Assembly: GCA_015660865.1 (NCBI GenBank)
Contig: JACTUA010000005.1
Coordinates: 104,790 to 168,789, forward strand
DNA length: 64,000 bases
Source of the DNA: Methanomicrobiales archaeon
GTDB taxonomy: Archaea; Halobacteriota; Methanomicrobia; Methanomicrobiales; JACTUA01
Direction of reading: 5' to 3'
Shown here: positions 23,322 to 32,459 of the stretch, in pieces
Numbering within the stretch: the first letter of the stretch is position 1
Layout of the letters: every line of letters starts with the position of its first letter
Notes under the pieces: generated by a model
What the model saw: the letters and a program-made list of their open reading frames with translations, nothing else
What the model was told of the DNA's origin: nothing
The model's database searches: none
Program-made: the position numbers and the translations under genes

Positions 23322-24002
23322 ATGAAGCTCGGGGTCCTCTTCTCAGGTGGCAAAGACTCTGCCTTCGCCTGCCACAGGGCCATGGCGAAGGACGAGGTTG
23401 CCTGCCTCATCACCGTCCTTCCGGTGAACCCCGAGAGCTACCTCTTCCACACCCCGAATGTCAGCCTGACGGCTCTCCAGGCCGAGGCGGCGGGGCTCCC
23501 CCTGGTGTCGGTGGAGAGCGAGGGGGTCGAGGAGGCCGAGGTCGCCGATCTCTCCCGGGCGATATCCCGCGCCGTGGAGGAGCATGGGATCGAGGGCGTG
23601 GTGACGGGCGCGATCCACTCGGTATACCAGGCAACCCGGATCCAGCGGGTCTGCCATGACCTTGACCTCTGGTGCTTCAACCCGCTCTGGCAGAGGGACG
23701 AGGAGGAGTACCTGGAGGAGATCGTCTCTTCGGGGTTCAGGTTCCTCATCTCGGGGGTATCTGCTGCCCCCTTTGACAAGGCATGGCTGGGAACGGAGGT
23801 GGACCGGGGGACCCTCGATGAGCTGAAGGCCCTGGCCCGGCGGTACCGGATGAATCCAGCCGGGGAGGGAGGGGAGTACGAGACCTTCGTCACCGATGCC
23901 CCGTTCTTCAGGAAGCGGATCGAGGTTCTCAGGGCATCAAGGGAATACCACGGGGATCGCGGAATATACCGGATCGAGGATGCGAGGCTGGTGGCGAGAT
24001 GA
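23322..24002 (+). CDS. dph6: Diphthine-ammonia ligase (Dph6/ATP-binding protein family)
   Basis: FSGGKDS PP-loop, SYLFH, SVYQ, PLWQ, GEGGEYETFV. Confidence 0.85.
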   Translation: MKLGVLFSGGKDSAFACHRAMAKDEVACLITVLPVNPESYLFHTPNVSLTALQAEAAGLPLVSVESEGVEEAEVADLSRAISRAVEEHGIEGVVTGAIHSVYQATRIQRVCHDLDLWCFNPLWQRDEEEYLEEIVSSGFRFLISGVSAAPFDKAWLGTEVDRGTLDELKALARRYRMNPAGEGGEYETFVTDAPFFRKRIEVLRASREYHGDRGIYRIEDARLVAR

Positions 24003-24580
24003 TCCTTGTCGTGGACCTCTCGTACCGGCCAGGGTCCCTCTCCCTCGATGAATTTGTCACCCCTGTCGAGCGTATCGTGCGGCAGGAGGGTTACCCCGCA
24101 CGGATCCGGCATTACACCGATATCTCTCACCAGGATATTGCATCGGCGGGTGGTGCAATCTTCTGCGGGACGGCGCTCGCGGACTTCGGGTACCTTGAAG
24201 GGCTGGAGAGGTTCGCCTGGCTCTCTTCCTTTCCCTGCCCCGTTCTTGGCATCTGCGCCGGGATGCAGGTACTGGTGCGGGTCTACGGCGGCGACGTTTA
24301 TCCGGCGACCGGTATCGGGATGGCCGAGCAGCAGGTCGTCGCCCCCGACCCCCTGCTCGCCGGGAGGGACCGGTTCCCGGCCTACGAGCTCCATTGCCTT
24401 GCGGTGGAATCCCCACCATCTTTCATGGTCCTTGCCACCTCGCTGTCAGGAGCCCAGATCATCCGTCACCAGGACCGGCCGGTCTACGGGGTGATGTTCC
24501 ACCCCGAGGTGCGGAACGAATGGCTGATCGGGCGGTTCCTCTCCCTCTGCCTGCCTGAGGGATGCGCTCATCTAGGATGA
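23999..24580 (+). CDS. Class I glutamine amidotransferase
   Basis: LGICAGMQ nucleophile Cys and FHPE His-Glu; ATGA overlap with dph6. Confidence 0.8.
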   Translation: MILVVDLSYRPGSLSLDEFVTPVERIVRQEGYPARIRHYTDISHQDIASAGGAIFCGTALADFGYLEGLERFAWLSSFPCPVLGICAGMQVLVRVYGGDVYPATGIGMAEQQVVAPDPLLAGRDRFPAYELHCLAVESPPSFMVLATSLSGAQIIRHQDRPVYGVMFHPEVRNEWLIGRFLSLCLPEGCAHLG

Positions 24581-24617
24581 GGGCAAACGTGGGTGAAGGG
24601 AAAGGAGGGAGAGATCC

Positions 24618-26534
24618 ACGAACCGGAAGATAAGGATCGGCCTCATCCAGATGAAGGTCTCCGAAGACCCCGGCGACAACCTTGAGAGGGCGGTACGGGC
24701 CGCGGGTGAAGCAGCCGTACGGGGTGCAGAGATCATCTGCCTCCCCGAACTCTTCCGCACCCGCTACTTCCCCCAGGACGAGTGCGCAGACATGCCGGGC
24801 CTCTCCGAGACCATCCCGGGGGAATCTACCCGGGCCTTCTCGGCCCTTGCGCGGAAGCACCGGGTGGTCATCATCGTCCCCATCTTCGAGCAGGGGGAGT
24901 CGGGAGCCTTCCACAACACGGCGGTTGTCATCGACCGTGACGGGGGTATCCTGCCGGTGTACCGGAAGGTCCATGTGCCCTTCGACCCCCTCTTCTACGA
25001 GAAGCATTATTTCGTCCCCGGGGATGGCTTCAGGGTCTACGATACCGATCCGGCCCGGTTCGCGGTCCTCATCTGCTATGACCAGTGGTTCCCCGAGGCC
25101 GCGAGGGCCGCCGCCCTCATGGGGGCCGAGATCATCTTCTACCCCACCGCCATCGGCTGGGTTGGGGGGGACAGGGCACCTGCCGAGGGGGACTGGCACG
25201 GTGCCTGGGAGGCGATCCAGCGGGGCCATGCCATCGCAAACGGCGTCCACGTGGCCGCGGTGAACAGGGCCGGGCAGGAGGGTGACCTGCTCTTCTGGGG
25301 CGGGTCGTTTGCGTCTGATTCCTTCGGGAACGTCATCGCGAGAGCAGGGGATGGAGAGGAGGTCCTCGTCGTTGACCTGGACCTCTCCATGAACCAGATG
25401 GTGAGAGAGGGGTGGGGGTTCCTCAGGAACCGGCGGCCGGATACATACGGGATCATCACCCGGCGCGTCGAGCGGGAGTATCCCTCCGCGACAGACCTGC
25501 CCGGCACCCCGAGAAAACTGGGTTTCTCCATGCCTGCCGAGTGGTACCCCCACGATGCCGTCTGGCTCGCATGGCCCCATGACCCCGAGACCTTCGGGGA
25601 TATACCCGCCGTTGAAGAGGCCTATCTCGGGATCATCTCTGCCCTTGCACCCGGTGAGCAGGTGAACCTCCTCGTCAAGGACGGGGCAATGGAGCGGAGG
25701 GTGACTGCGCTCCTCCAGGGTACAGGGATCAATACGGGACGCGTGAGCCTCCATCGCTTTGACTACGCAGATGTCTGGTTCCGGGACTACGGGCCGACCT
25801 TCGTCGTGAACCCGGGGGATCATACACTCGGCATGGTGGCCTGGGAGTTCAATGCCTGGGGGAACAAGTACCCCGGCCTCGTCAGGGATGGCCGGATCCC
25901 GTCTTGCCTGAACACCAGGCTCGGGATCTCCCTCTTCCGGCCCGGGATCGTCCTCGAGGGCGGATCCATCGATGTGAACGGGAAGGGGATGGTCCTCACC
26001 ACAAAGCAGTGTCTCCTCAACCCCAACAGGAACCCGGGCCTTTCGAAGGGGGAGGTGGAGTCTTATCTCCGCGAGTTCCTTGGCGCTTCAACGGTCATCT
26101 GGCTGGAGGGCGGGATTACCGGCGATGACACCGATGGACACATCGATGATGTTGCCCGGTTCGTGAATCCCTCAACCGTCGTGTACGCGGTGGAGGACGA
26201 CGAGGGGGATGAGAACTACCGGGTCCTCCGGGAGAACGAGCGAATCCTCGGCAGGGCGCGGGACCAGGACGGAAAACCTCTCAATATCATCCCCATGCCG
26301 ATGCCCTGGCGAATGGGAGAGGGCGCCCGGCTCCCCGCGAGCTACCTGAACTTCTTCATCGGGAACCGCGTCGTTCTGGTTCCGGTCTTCTCGGACCCGA
26401 ACGACGAGAAGGCCCTTGGGATACTCAGGGTGGTCTTCCCCGGAAGGGAAGTGATAGGCATCGATTGCCGTGCCCTCCTGGAGGGGATGGGGGCCATCCA
26501 CTGCATCACGCAGCAGCAGCCGCGGGTAGAGTGA
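24618..26534 (+). CDS. N-carbamoylputrescine amidase (nitrilase) - agmatine deiminase fusion (AguB-AguA)
   Basis: Nitrilase triad LPELF / YRKVH / ICYDQWFPE, then MPAEW..WFRDYGP..EGGSI..DTDGHID..GAIHCITQQQP. The first ATG is at 24651, but the frame extends upstream as (T)NRKIRIGLIQ from ACG 24618. Confidence 0.88.
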   Translation, partial: TNRKIRIGLIQMKVSEDPGDNLERAVRAAGEAAVRGAEIICLPELFRTRYFPQDECADMPGLSETIPGESTRAFSALARKHRVVIIVPIFEQGESGAFHNTAVVIDRDGGILPVYRKVHVPFDPLFYEKHYFVPGDGFRVYDTDPARFAVLICYDQWFPEAARAAALMGAEIIFYPTAIGWVGGDRAPAEGDWHGAWEAIQRGHAIANGVHVAAVNRAGQEGDLLFWGGSFASDSFGNVIARAGDGEEVLVVDLDLSMNQMVREGWGFLRNRRPDTYGIITRRVEREYPSATDLPGTPRKLGFSMPAEWYPHDAVWLAWPHDPETFGDIPAVEEAYLGIISALAPGEQVNLLVKDGAMERRVTALLQGTGINTGRVSLHRFDYADVWFRDYGPTFVVNPGDHTLGMVAWEFNAWGNKYPGLVRDGRIPSCLNTRLGISLFRPGIVLEGGSIDVNGKGMVLTTKQCLLNPNRNPGLSKGEVESYLREFLGASTVIWLEGGITGDDTDGHIDDVARFVNPSTVVYAVEDDEGDENYRVLRENERILGRARDQDGKPLNIIPMPMPWRMGEGARLPASYLNFFIGNRVVLVPVFSDPNDEKALGILRVVFPGREVIGIDCRALLEGMGAIHCITQQQPRVE

Positions 26535-26552
26535 TACCCTCCCGGTAGGGGG

Positions 26553-28118
26553 CTATACCCTTGTCTGCGCCTGCTCCCTCATGTACGAGAGGAGGTAGTA
26601 CGGCCCTCCAACTCCCTTCCCCGTCGAACCGCTCGCCTTCCACCCGCCGAAGGGCTGGTGCCCCGCCCAGGCACCCGTCGTTGCCCCGCCCCGCCGGTTG
26701 GAGTAGCAGACCCCGAACCGGATCTGCTCGAAGAATGATTCGACCTCCCCCTCATCCTCGGAGAAGATCCCTGCCGTGAGGCCAAACTCGGTGTCGTTCG
26801 CCTTCCCGAGGGCTTCATCGAGGGTGGAGAAGGTGTCGATGATGAGGAAAGGAACAAAGAGCTCCCTCTTTCCCAGGGGATGTTCCGGGGGAAGCCCGGT
26901 CACCATGGTGGGTTCCACGTAATACCCTCCCGGGAGCTGGCCTCCGTCAAGCACCTTCCCACCCGCAATCAGCGTTCCCCCGTCCTTTCTGCAGAGGTCC
27001 ACCGCTTCGGTGAATGTCTTCTTCGCCTTTTCATCGATGACGGGGCCGGCGAATACCTCCCTCTCCCGGGGATCCCCGATCTTCAGGGCCTCGGTCCTTG
27101 CCCTCAGGGATTCCATGAACTCCCCAGCGACCGACGCCTGGACATATGCCCTCGAGGTGGCGCTGCACTTCTGGCCGCTGTACCCGAAGGCGCCCCTGAG
27201 TACCCCCTCAGCCGCCTTCTCAAGGTCTGCCTTCGCCGTGACAATGACCGGGTTCTTGCTTCCCATCTCCGCGATGAGGGGCTTTGGGTAGGGCTGCCGG
27301 GCCGGGAAGGTGCGGTAGAGCCACATGCCCGCATCCCGCGATCCGGTGAAGGCGATGCCATCGACATCGGGGCTGGTGACCACCGCCTCTCCGAATGGCC
27401 CGCCCGGCCCGGTCACGTAGTTGATTGCCCCTGCCGGAACGCCACCGCCGATAAAGGCCCGGTAGAGTTTCAGGCCCGAGAGGGGGGCCGCGGACGTGGG
27501 CTTCAGGACAACGGTGTTCCCGGTAAGGAGCGCCGCCGAGGCCATCCCTGCCGCGAGATCGAGGGGGAAGTTGAAGGGTGAGATGACCGCCCACGCTCCG
27601 TGCGGCTTCATCACGCTCACCCCCCGCGCCCCGGCCGCCTCGGGTTCCATCGGTACGGTATACCCCTGGTTCTTCACGTACAGGTCGGTGTTGTACCTGA
27701 GCATGTCGATTGCCTCGCTGACCTCGGCGACAGCTTCGAACCGGTTCTTCCCGACTTCGTAGGTGATCAGGGCTGCAAGGAGGTACCTGTCGGTCTCAAG
27801 CCGATCCGCCGTCTTCCTGATGATCGCCGCCCGCTCCCTCCAGCCCCTCCGGCTCCACTCCGGAAATGCCATCTTCGCCTCCCGGAATGCCCTCCGGGCT
27901 TCATCCTCCCCGCCCATCTGGAAGGATCCGATGAGGATATCCCGGTCGATGGGCGACCTGACCTCGAACTCCCCCCCTGTTGAGACCTCACGCCCCCCGA
28001 TGAGGATGGGATGGCGTTTCCCGAGTTCCCTTGCCGCCATCTCGAGGGCGTCTTCATACGAACTGTGGAGACCCTCGTCCCCTTCCAGGGATACATACGT
28101 GACCTTCTTCTCCGGCAT
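26553..28118 (-). CDS. Aldehyde dehydrogenase (1-pyrroline-5-carboxylate dehydrogenase-like)
   Basis: ISPFNFP, FTGS, EMGSKN, GQKCSATSR, ELFVP, QPFGGWKASG; start ATG 28118. Confidence 0.85.
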   Translation of the reverse strand: MPEKKVTYVSLEGDEGLHSSYEDALEMAARELGKRHPILIGGREVSTGGEFEVRSPIDRDILIGSFQMGGEDEARRAFREAKMAFPEWSRRGWRERAAIIRKTADRLETDRYLLAALITYEVGKNRFEAVAEVSEAIDMLRYNTDLYVKNQGYTVPMEPEAAGARGVSVMKPHGAWAVISPFNFPLDLAAGMASAALLTGNTVVLKPTSAAPLSGLKLYRAFIGGGVPAGAINYVTGPGGPFGEAVVTSPDVDGIAFTGSRDAGMWLYRTFPARQPYPKPLIAEMGSKNPVIVTAKADLEKAAEGVLRGAFGYSGQKCSATSRAYVQASVAGEFMESLRARTEALKIGDPREREVFAGPVIDEKAKKTFTEAVDLCRKDGGTLIAGGKVLDGGQLPGGYYVEPTMVTGLPPEHPLGKRELFVPFLIIDTFSTLDEALGKANDTEFGLTAGIFSEDEGEVESFFEQIRFGVCYSNRRGGATTGAWAGHQPFGGWKASGSTGKGVGGPYYLLSYMREQAQTRV

Positions 28119-28286
28119 GATCCTCAGTTCCTCCCGGGTCAGGTGGCCCGGAGATGCTATAAAAGGGTTGCCCTGCCGCAAGGGTCCTATCCACCCCCGG
28201 CCCGTCCCGGAACTCCTGGAGGAGGCGAAGGATGAAGGCGGGCAGCCGGCAATACCCATATATGCAACTGGCCCTAACTCCCTCCC

Positions 28287-28823
28287 ATGGCTGATACGCC
28301 GGCGAAGAAGACCATTGATGAGGCGAAGGTGGACCTGAAAGCCCTCCTTGCCGATCTCGATCTCGAGGAGGTAAAGGAATTCGACGAGAAGGAATTCTGG
28401 GGGTTCTGGGTGAACTTCGGGAGCTACCCCATCCTGATCGAGAACCAGAAAGGCACGGCCTTCTGCGTCGTAGCCTTCCAGATCACGCTCCCTCCCGGGG
28501 AGCCGGTTGCGAAGCTGAACGAGCTCTATGCAAAGAATGACTTCAAGTTCATCTTCGAGCTCTTCAGCGCCTTCTCATCGCCGGTGACCGGTTTCTCGCG
28601 GATCTTCGAGGGCGATAAGGTGGTCGGGTTCACGGTCTCCAAGTATATCTATCCCTTCCACGCCGGCTTCTCCATCCGTCACCTCGACGAGGCTCTCCAG
28701 GCTGTCACCAGTTCCGGGGCCATGGGGGTGATATTCCTGAAGTCCCTCCTCGGCGAGTGGAAGGAGGAGGAGAAGACGTTAAAGGAGCTCGGGAGGTCCG
28801 AGCCCGGACCGATGTACGAGTGA
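28287..28823 (+). CDS. Hypothetical protein
   Basis: 178-aa ORF with host-like codon usage; no recognised motif. Confidence 0.7.
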   Translation: MADTPAKKTIDEAKVDLKALLADLDLEEVKEFDEKEFWGFWVNFGSYPILIENQKGTAFCVVAFQITLPPGEPVAKLNELYAKNDFKFIFELFSAFSSPVTGFSRIFEGDKVVGFTVSKYIYPFHAGFSIRHLDEALQAVTSSGAMGVIFLKSLLGEWKEEEKTLKELGRSEPGPMYE

Positions 28824-28894
28824 ACAGGATCTCGTGAAGCGTGGGCACTCACTGGAAGGTTTCCTGCACGGCCCTGAGCCGCAGATTCCCGCCT

Positions 28895-29746
28895 CTAACC
28901 CAGACCGGTGACCTTCTCGAGAAGCCCCCAGAGCCGGTCCTGGAGATCGCGATCATGGGAGATCCCCGATGAGCGCTCCTCTTTCATCCCGTCAAAGTAT
29001 TTCCCGCTCACCCCTGCAACCCTCGGGGATGATGCAAGATAGACGGGGGTCCGGGCCCCTGCCTCGGGAGGCTCACATGGATAGTCCGGGAAGGCCGAAT
29101 AGAAGAGCTTGGTGCAGATCACGCCGGGATGAAGGCAGTTCACCGTCACCTGCCCGGGATCGAGCCTCCGGGCAAGGGAATACGTGAATTGGACCACGCC
29201 GAGTTTCGAACGGGAGTATGCCTCCCACCCGTCGTACTGCTTCTCACCCTGGAGATTGTCCCAGTCCAGTATGTTCGCATCGAAGTGGGCGCTGGAAGCG
29301 ACGTTCACAATCCGGGAGGGTGCACGCGACTCCAGGAGCGGCATGAGGAGATGAGACAGGAGGAAGGGGGCTGCGAGGTTCACGGCGAAGGTCATCTCCA
29401 GACCATTCCGGGTGAGGACCCGCTCCGGCATGTAAACCCCGGCGTTGTTGACGAGGACATCCAGGCGTTCATACCGGTCCTCTACTCCGGAGGCGAGGGC
29501 GCGAACCCCCTCGAGGGACGAGAGATCCGCCGTGAAGAGGTCGAGGGTTGCCCCGTCTATCTCCTTCCCGATCTCCCGGAGGACGGCACGACCTTTTTCC
29601 CGATCCCTCCCGTGGATGAGGACGCGGTGGCCCTGGCGGGCGAGGGCCTTTGCGGTCGCCTTCCCGATGCCGTCGGTGGAGCCGGTGACGAGGATGGTCC
29701 TCGTCACAGGGAGGGAGGCATCGGCAAGCGAATGTACCAGGGTCAT
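28895..29746 (-). CDS. Short-chain dehydrogenase/reductase (retinol-DH-like)
   Basis: TGSTDGIG, NNAG, YSRSK, LHPG motifs. Confidence 0.88.
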   Translation of the reverse strand: MTLVHSLADASLPVTRTILVTGSTDGIGKATAKALARQGHRVLIHGRDREKGRAVLREIGKEIDGATLDLFTADLSSLEGVRALASGVEDRYERLDVLVNNAGVYMPERVLTRNGLEMTFAVNLAAPFLLSHLLMPLLESRAPSRIVNVASSAHFDANILDWDNLQGEKQYDGWEAYSRSKLGVVQFTYSLARRLDPGQVTVNCLHPGVICTKLFYSAFPDYPCEPPEAGARTPVYLASSPRVAGVSGKYFDGMKEERSSGISHDRDLQDRLWGLLEKVTGLG

Positions 29747-29935
29747 GTTCCTGAAAGGGTCTTTCTCTCCTGAATGGGGGTATCGGGTGATGGGGAGAAA
29801 AAGGTTTCCCGGCCGGCAGATTCCGAGAGCCTCCTTTCCGAAAGGATACGCCTGGAGGTGTTGCACAAGAATTGATACAAAATAGGATTCCCGGCAGGGG
29901 GTTTCCCTGGCCGGGTATTGGCCCGACGGGTCCTG

Positions 29936-30394
29936 TCAGAGCTCTGCAGCTGCCGTGCCCACCTGGGAGTTCGTTGTCACCGGCTGGGCCGAGCAGGCTT
30001 TGATTGAGGCCTTCGCCTGGTCGCGGAACTGCTTCCAGAGGCTTACCAGCTGCTGGTTCACGCCCTGGAGGGCCTTCCTGTCATGGTTCGTGAGGGCGTC
30101 GGAGAGGGCGGTCCTCTCGTTCCCGATGGCCGTGACGGTGGTCGTGAGGTCCCCCGTGGGGCACCCGTGGTTGCCGAGAACAGTGACTACCGCGTTCGCA
30201 CCCTGGACCCGGGTGTTGTAGATCTGGAGCCGGTACTGTCCGTACGTGTTCCAGAGGTCGCTCTTCAGTTGCGGATCGATCTTTCCGGCCTGCCCAACCC
30301 CGTTCCCGTTCGCCTGCGCAGCCGATACCGGGAGCGCAATCGCGGCAACGATGATGAGGGCCAGGATGGCTATTGAGATGGTGTTTCTTGACAT
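29936..30394 (-). CDS. Secreted helical hypothetical protein
   Basis: N-terminal signal peptide (..ALPVSA|AQ); coiled-coil-like body. Confidence 0.7.
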   Translation of the reverse strand: MSRNTISIAILALIIVAAIALPVSAAQANGNGVGQAGKIDPQLKSDLWNTYGQYRLQIYNTRVQGANAVVTVLGNHGCPTGDLTTTVTAIGNERTALSDALTNHDRKALQGVNQQLVSLWKQFRDQAKASIKACSAQPVTTNSQVGTAAAEL

Positions 30395-31004
30395 GGTGTT
30401 TCTCTCCTGTTTCTCTTCTTTGGGTGGTTTTTACCCTTGATCACAGGTTGAAGGTCTCAGCATATGTATTCGCAAAATAGGCGGGGTTCAGGGTGTCGAC
30501 ATACCGGTTCATTGATTGAACCGGCTGGTTCGATACCTGGCCCGGGAATTCTCTCTCACGGGTTCCTTTCATCGCCACATGTGTGCCCCGTCGCAGATGG
30601 GCTTATTCCCCGAATCTCCCGCACCGGCAGTGCGTGACACGGTTGCGGGCCTCGCCTGAAGAGCCGTCCGCGGCGATGATCGGGATACCCATGGGGAATA
30701 GGTTGTCTTTTTTTACAATTAGTTACCTTTATATGACTAAAGGTTAAGTATACATTACATTGGTGGAACAATGGTCATCTCAAGGATCTCCATGGGTACC
30801 ATAGCAGTCTGCTGCATGATGGCCGTGGTCATGGCATTGAAGTGCGGGGACATAACATCCCTGGAAGCATGGCTTACGGCGTTCCGTGCAGCCCGCCACA
30901 GAGATTGATCCGGCCAACGGGGATAGCGGGACCGGAGAGAGCACTGGAAGGGTAGGACCCGGGCATGATACCGAAACCAGATAGTACGAGGAAGGGATCT
31001 CCTA

Positions 31005-31688
31005 TTATCCCTGCATGTGGCTCCCGTCGCAGAAGGGCTTGTTGGACGACCTGCCGCACCGGCAGAGCGTGACCCGGTTGCGGACCTCGTAGGGAAAGCC
31101 GTCCGCGGCGATGATCGGGATCCCGCCACGGACCCAGAGGGGGCCGAGCATTCCCCCGACCGGTCCTTCGACGAGTCCGATGGACTTCTCGAACACGGGC
31201 TCAAGGGGTCTTTCGGTCTTTTTGTCCCAGACAACGAGGCGTCCCGAGTGGCAGTTTGCGGCCATCTCGAGGGTGGTTCTCTTCGCTTTTTCGCTGCCCG
31301 ACTGCCCGATGAGGTCCCATATCCCTTTCCCGCGGACACAGAACCGGGCATGGGAGCAGAACCCCGGTGCATCGCTCAGCCGGATGTCGGGGCCCTCGGT
31401 CCACCCTGCCCGCTCCAGGTACGGCCTCCGGCTGGCCGTCTCGGTGCCGTCGAATTTGTTCGTCAGGTGGGTCCCATCGCAGAAGGGCCTGGTCCGGGAA
31501 CCCCCGCACCGGCAGAGGGCATAGGTCTCCTGGAGGGGGTATCGTTCACCCTCCCTCCAGCCGATGGAATTCCCCTTCTTATCGCAGACGAGGATCTGTT
31601 TCACGAGCGGGATGGACCCGGTGACCATGTACGGACCGTTCTTCGTCACCTGGATCCGGGCGTCCTCTTTTTTACCCGTACCTGGCAT
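31005..31688 (-). CDS. CDGSH iron-sulfur domain protein (two CDGSH domains around a central Fe-S domain)
   Basis: LCRCGGSRTRPFCDGTH and LCRCGRSSNKPFCDGSH; central CSHARFC..CHSG. Confidence 0.88.
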   Translation of the reverse strand: MPGTGKKEDARIQVTKNGPYMVTGSIPLVKQILVCDKKGNSIGWREGERYPLQETYALCRCGGSRTRPFCDGTHLTNKFDGTETASRRPYLERAGWTEGPDIRLSDAPGFCSHARFCVRGKGIWDLIGQSGSEKAKRTTLEMAANCHSGRLVVWDKKTERPLEPVFEKSIGLVEGPVGGMLGPLWVRGGIPIIAADGFPYEVRNRVTLCRCGRSSNKPFCDGSHMQG

Positions 31689-31945
31689 GCTTCTCCCCAG
31701 AAAAATGCAGGATCATAGTATTTGAGCCCTCCCCTCCGTTCCGCCAGCCCATCGATCTCCATGGTACAGGGAATATTTTTCTTCGATCATTCTCCTGTCA
31801 TTTTCAAAGGGTATTGGTAAAATCCCGGCCTGGATTTTTCGTGTTTTCGGGCAAACAGACCGGTTCCTTCTCCGGGCCATAATTCCTTTCACCCACACGT
31901 CAGTCGGCGGTGCATATTCTATAAAAACCGGCGCCCGCAGCGGTA

Positions 31946-32248
31946 TCACATGAACTGCGAGTGAACCGGCGAAACAGCCGGCCCGTCCATCAATTCAATC
32001 GTGTACCGGTGGGGATACCCGCTCTTCTTGAATGCCTGCGTCTCGGAGATAAAGAACCCGTACCTGTTCTTCCGGATATGGTTTCTCTGGAGAAACATCA
32101 GTAACGCGCCGATGGAAGAGACGCATGTGCCTTTTACCTGGAGAGACCTTGCAATCTCCCTCGCGGTGCCATGAACACGGGTGATATTTTGCCTGAGCAT
32201 GTGATTGCAGATGATCTGTCCCGTGTCGTATCGCTTATTGCTGGCCAC
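31946..32248 (-). CDS. Small basic hypothetical protein (possible winged helix)
   Basis: 100-aa ORF with GTAREIARSL helix pattern; AT-rich promoter-like region upstream. Confidence 0.5.
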   Translation of the reverse strand: MASNKRYDTGQIICNHMLRQNITRVHGTAREIARSLQVKGTCVSSIGALLMFLQRNHIRKNRYGFFISETQAFKKSGYPHRYTIELMDGPAVSPVHSQFM

Positions 32249-32459
32249 CGATATTCCCCCGCTTATCCATTCTTTCCCTGCCTCCCTGTATGTGTAGGCT
32301 CGCCCGGGGGATATAGCTGCGTATACAATGTTTTTTCATTAAAAAATGAATAAACCAGGCATTTTTCCCCGGTTATCTGCCAGATGTGCCATCGTCGGGT
32401 TCCGCAGGGCAAACCCTTTTCCCCGTTCCCGGTGAGGCACTTGTGGAGTGGGTTGTCCC

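Noticed and set aside
24577-24633. Programmed frameshift from ATG 24577 into the aguBA frame
   Set aside because: The GGGAAAG run is not in the frame required for a canonical -1 slippery site; an ACG start or a point change is simpler.
30400-31000. Short ORFs in the 30.4-31.0 kb spacer
   Set aside because: No convincing start context, codon bias or motif.
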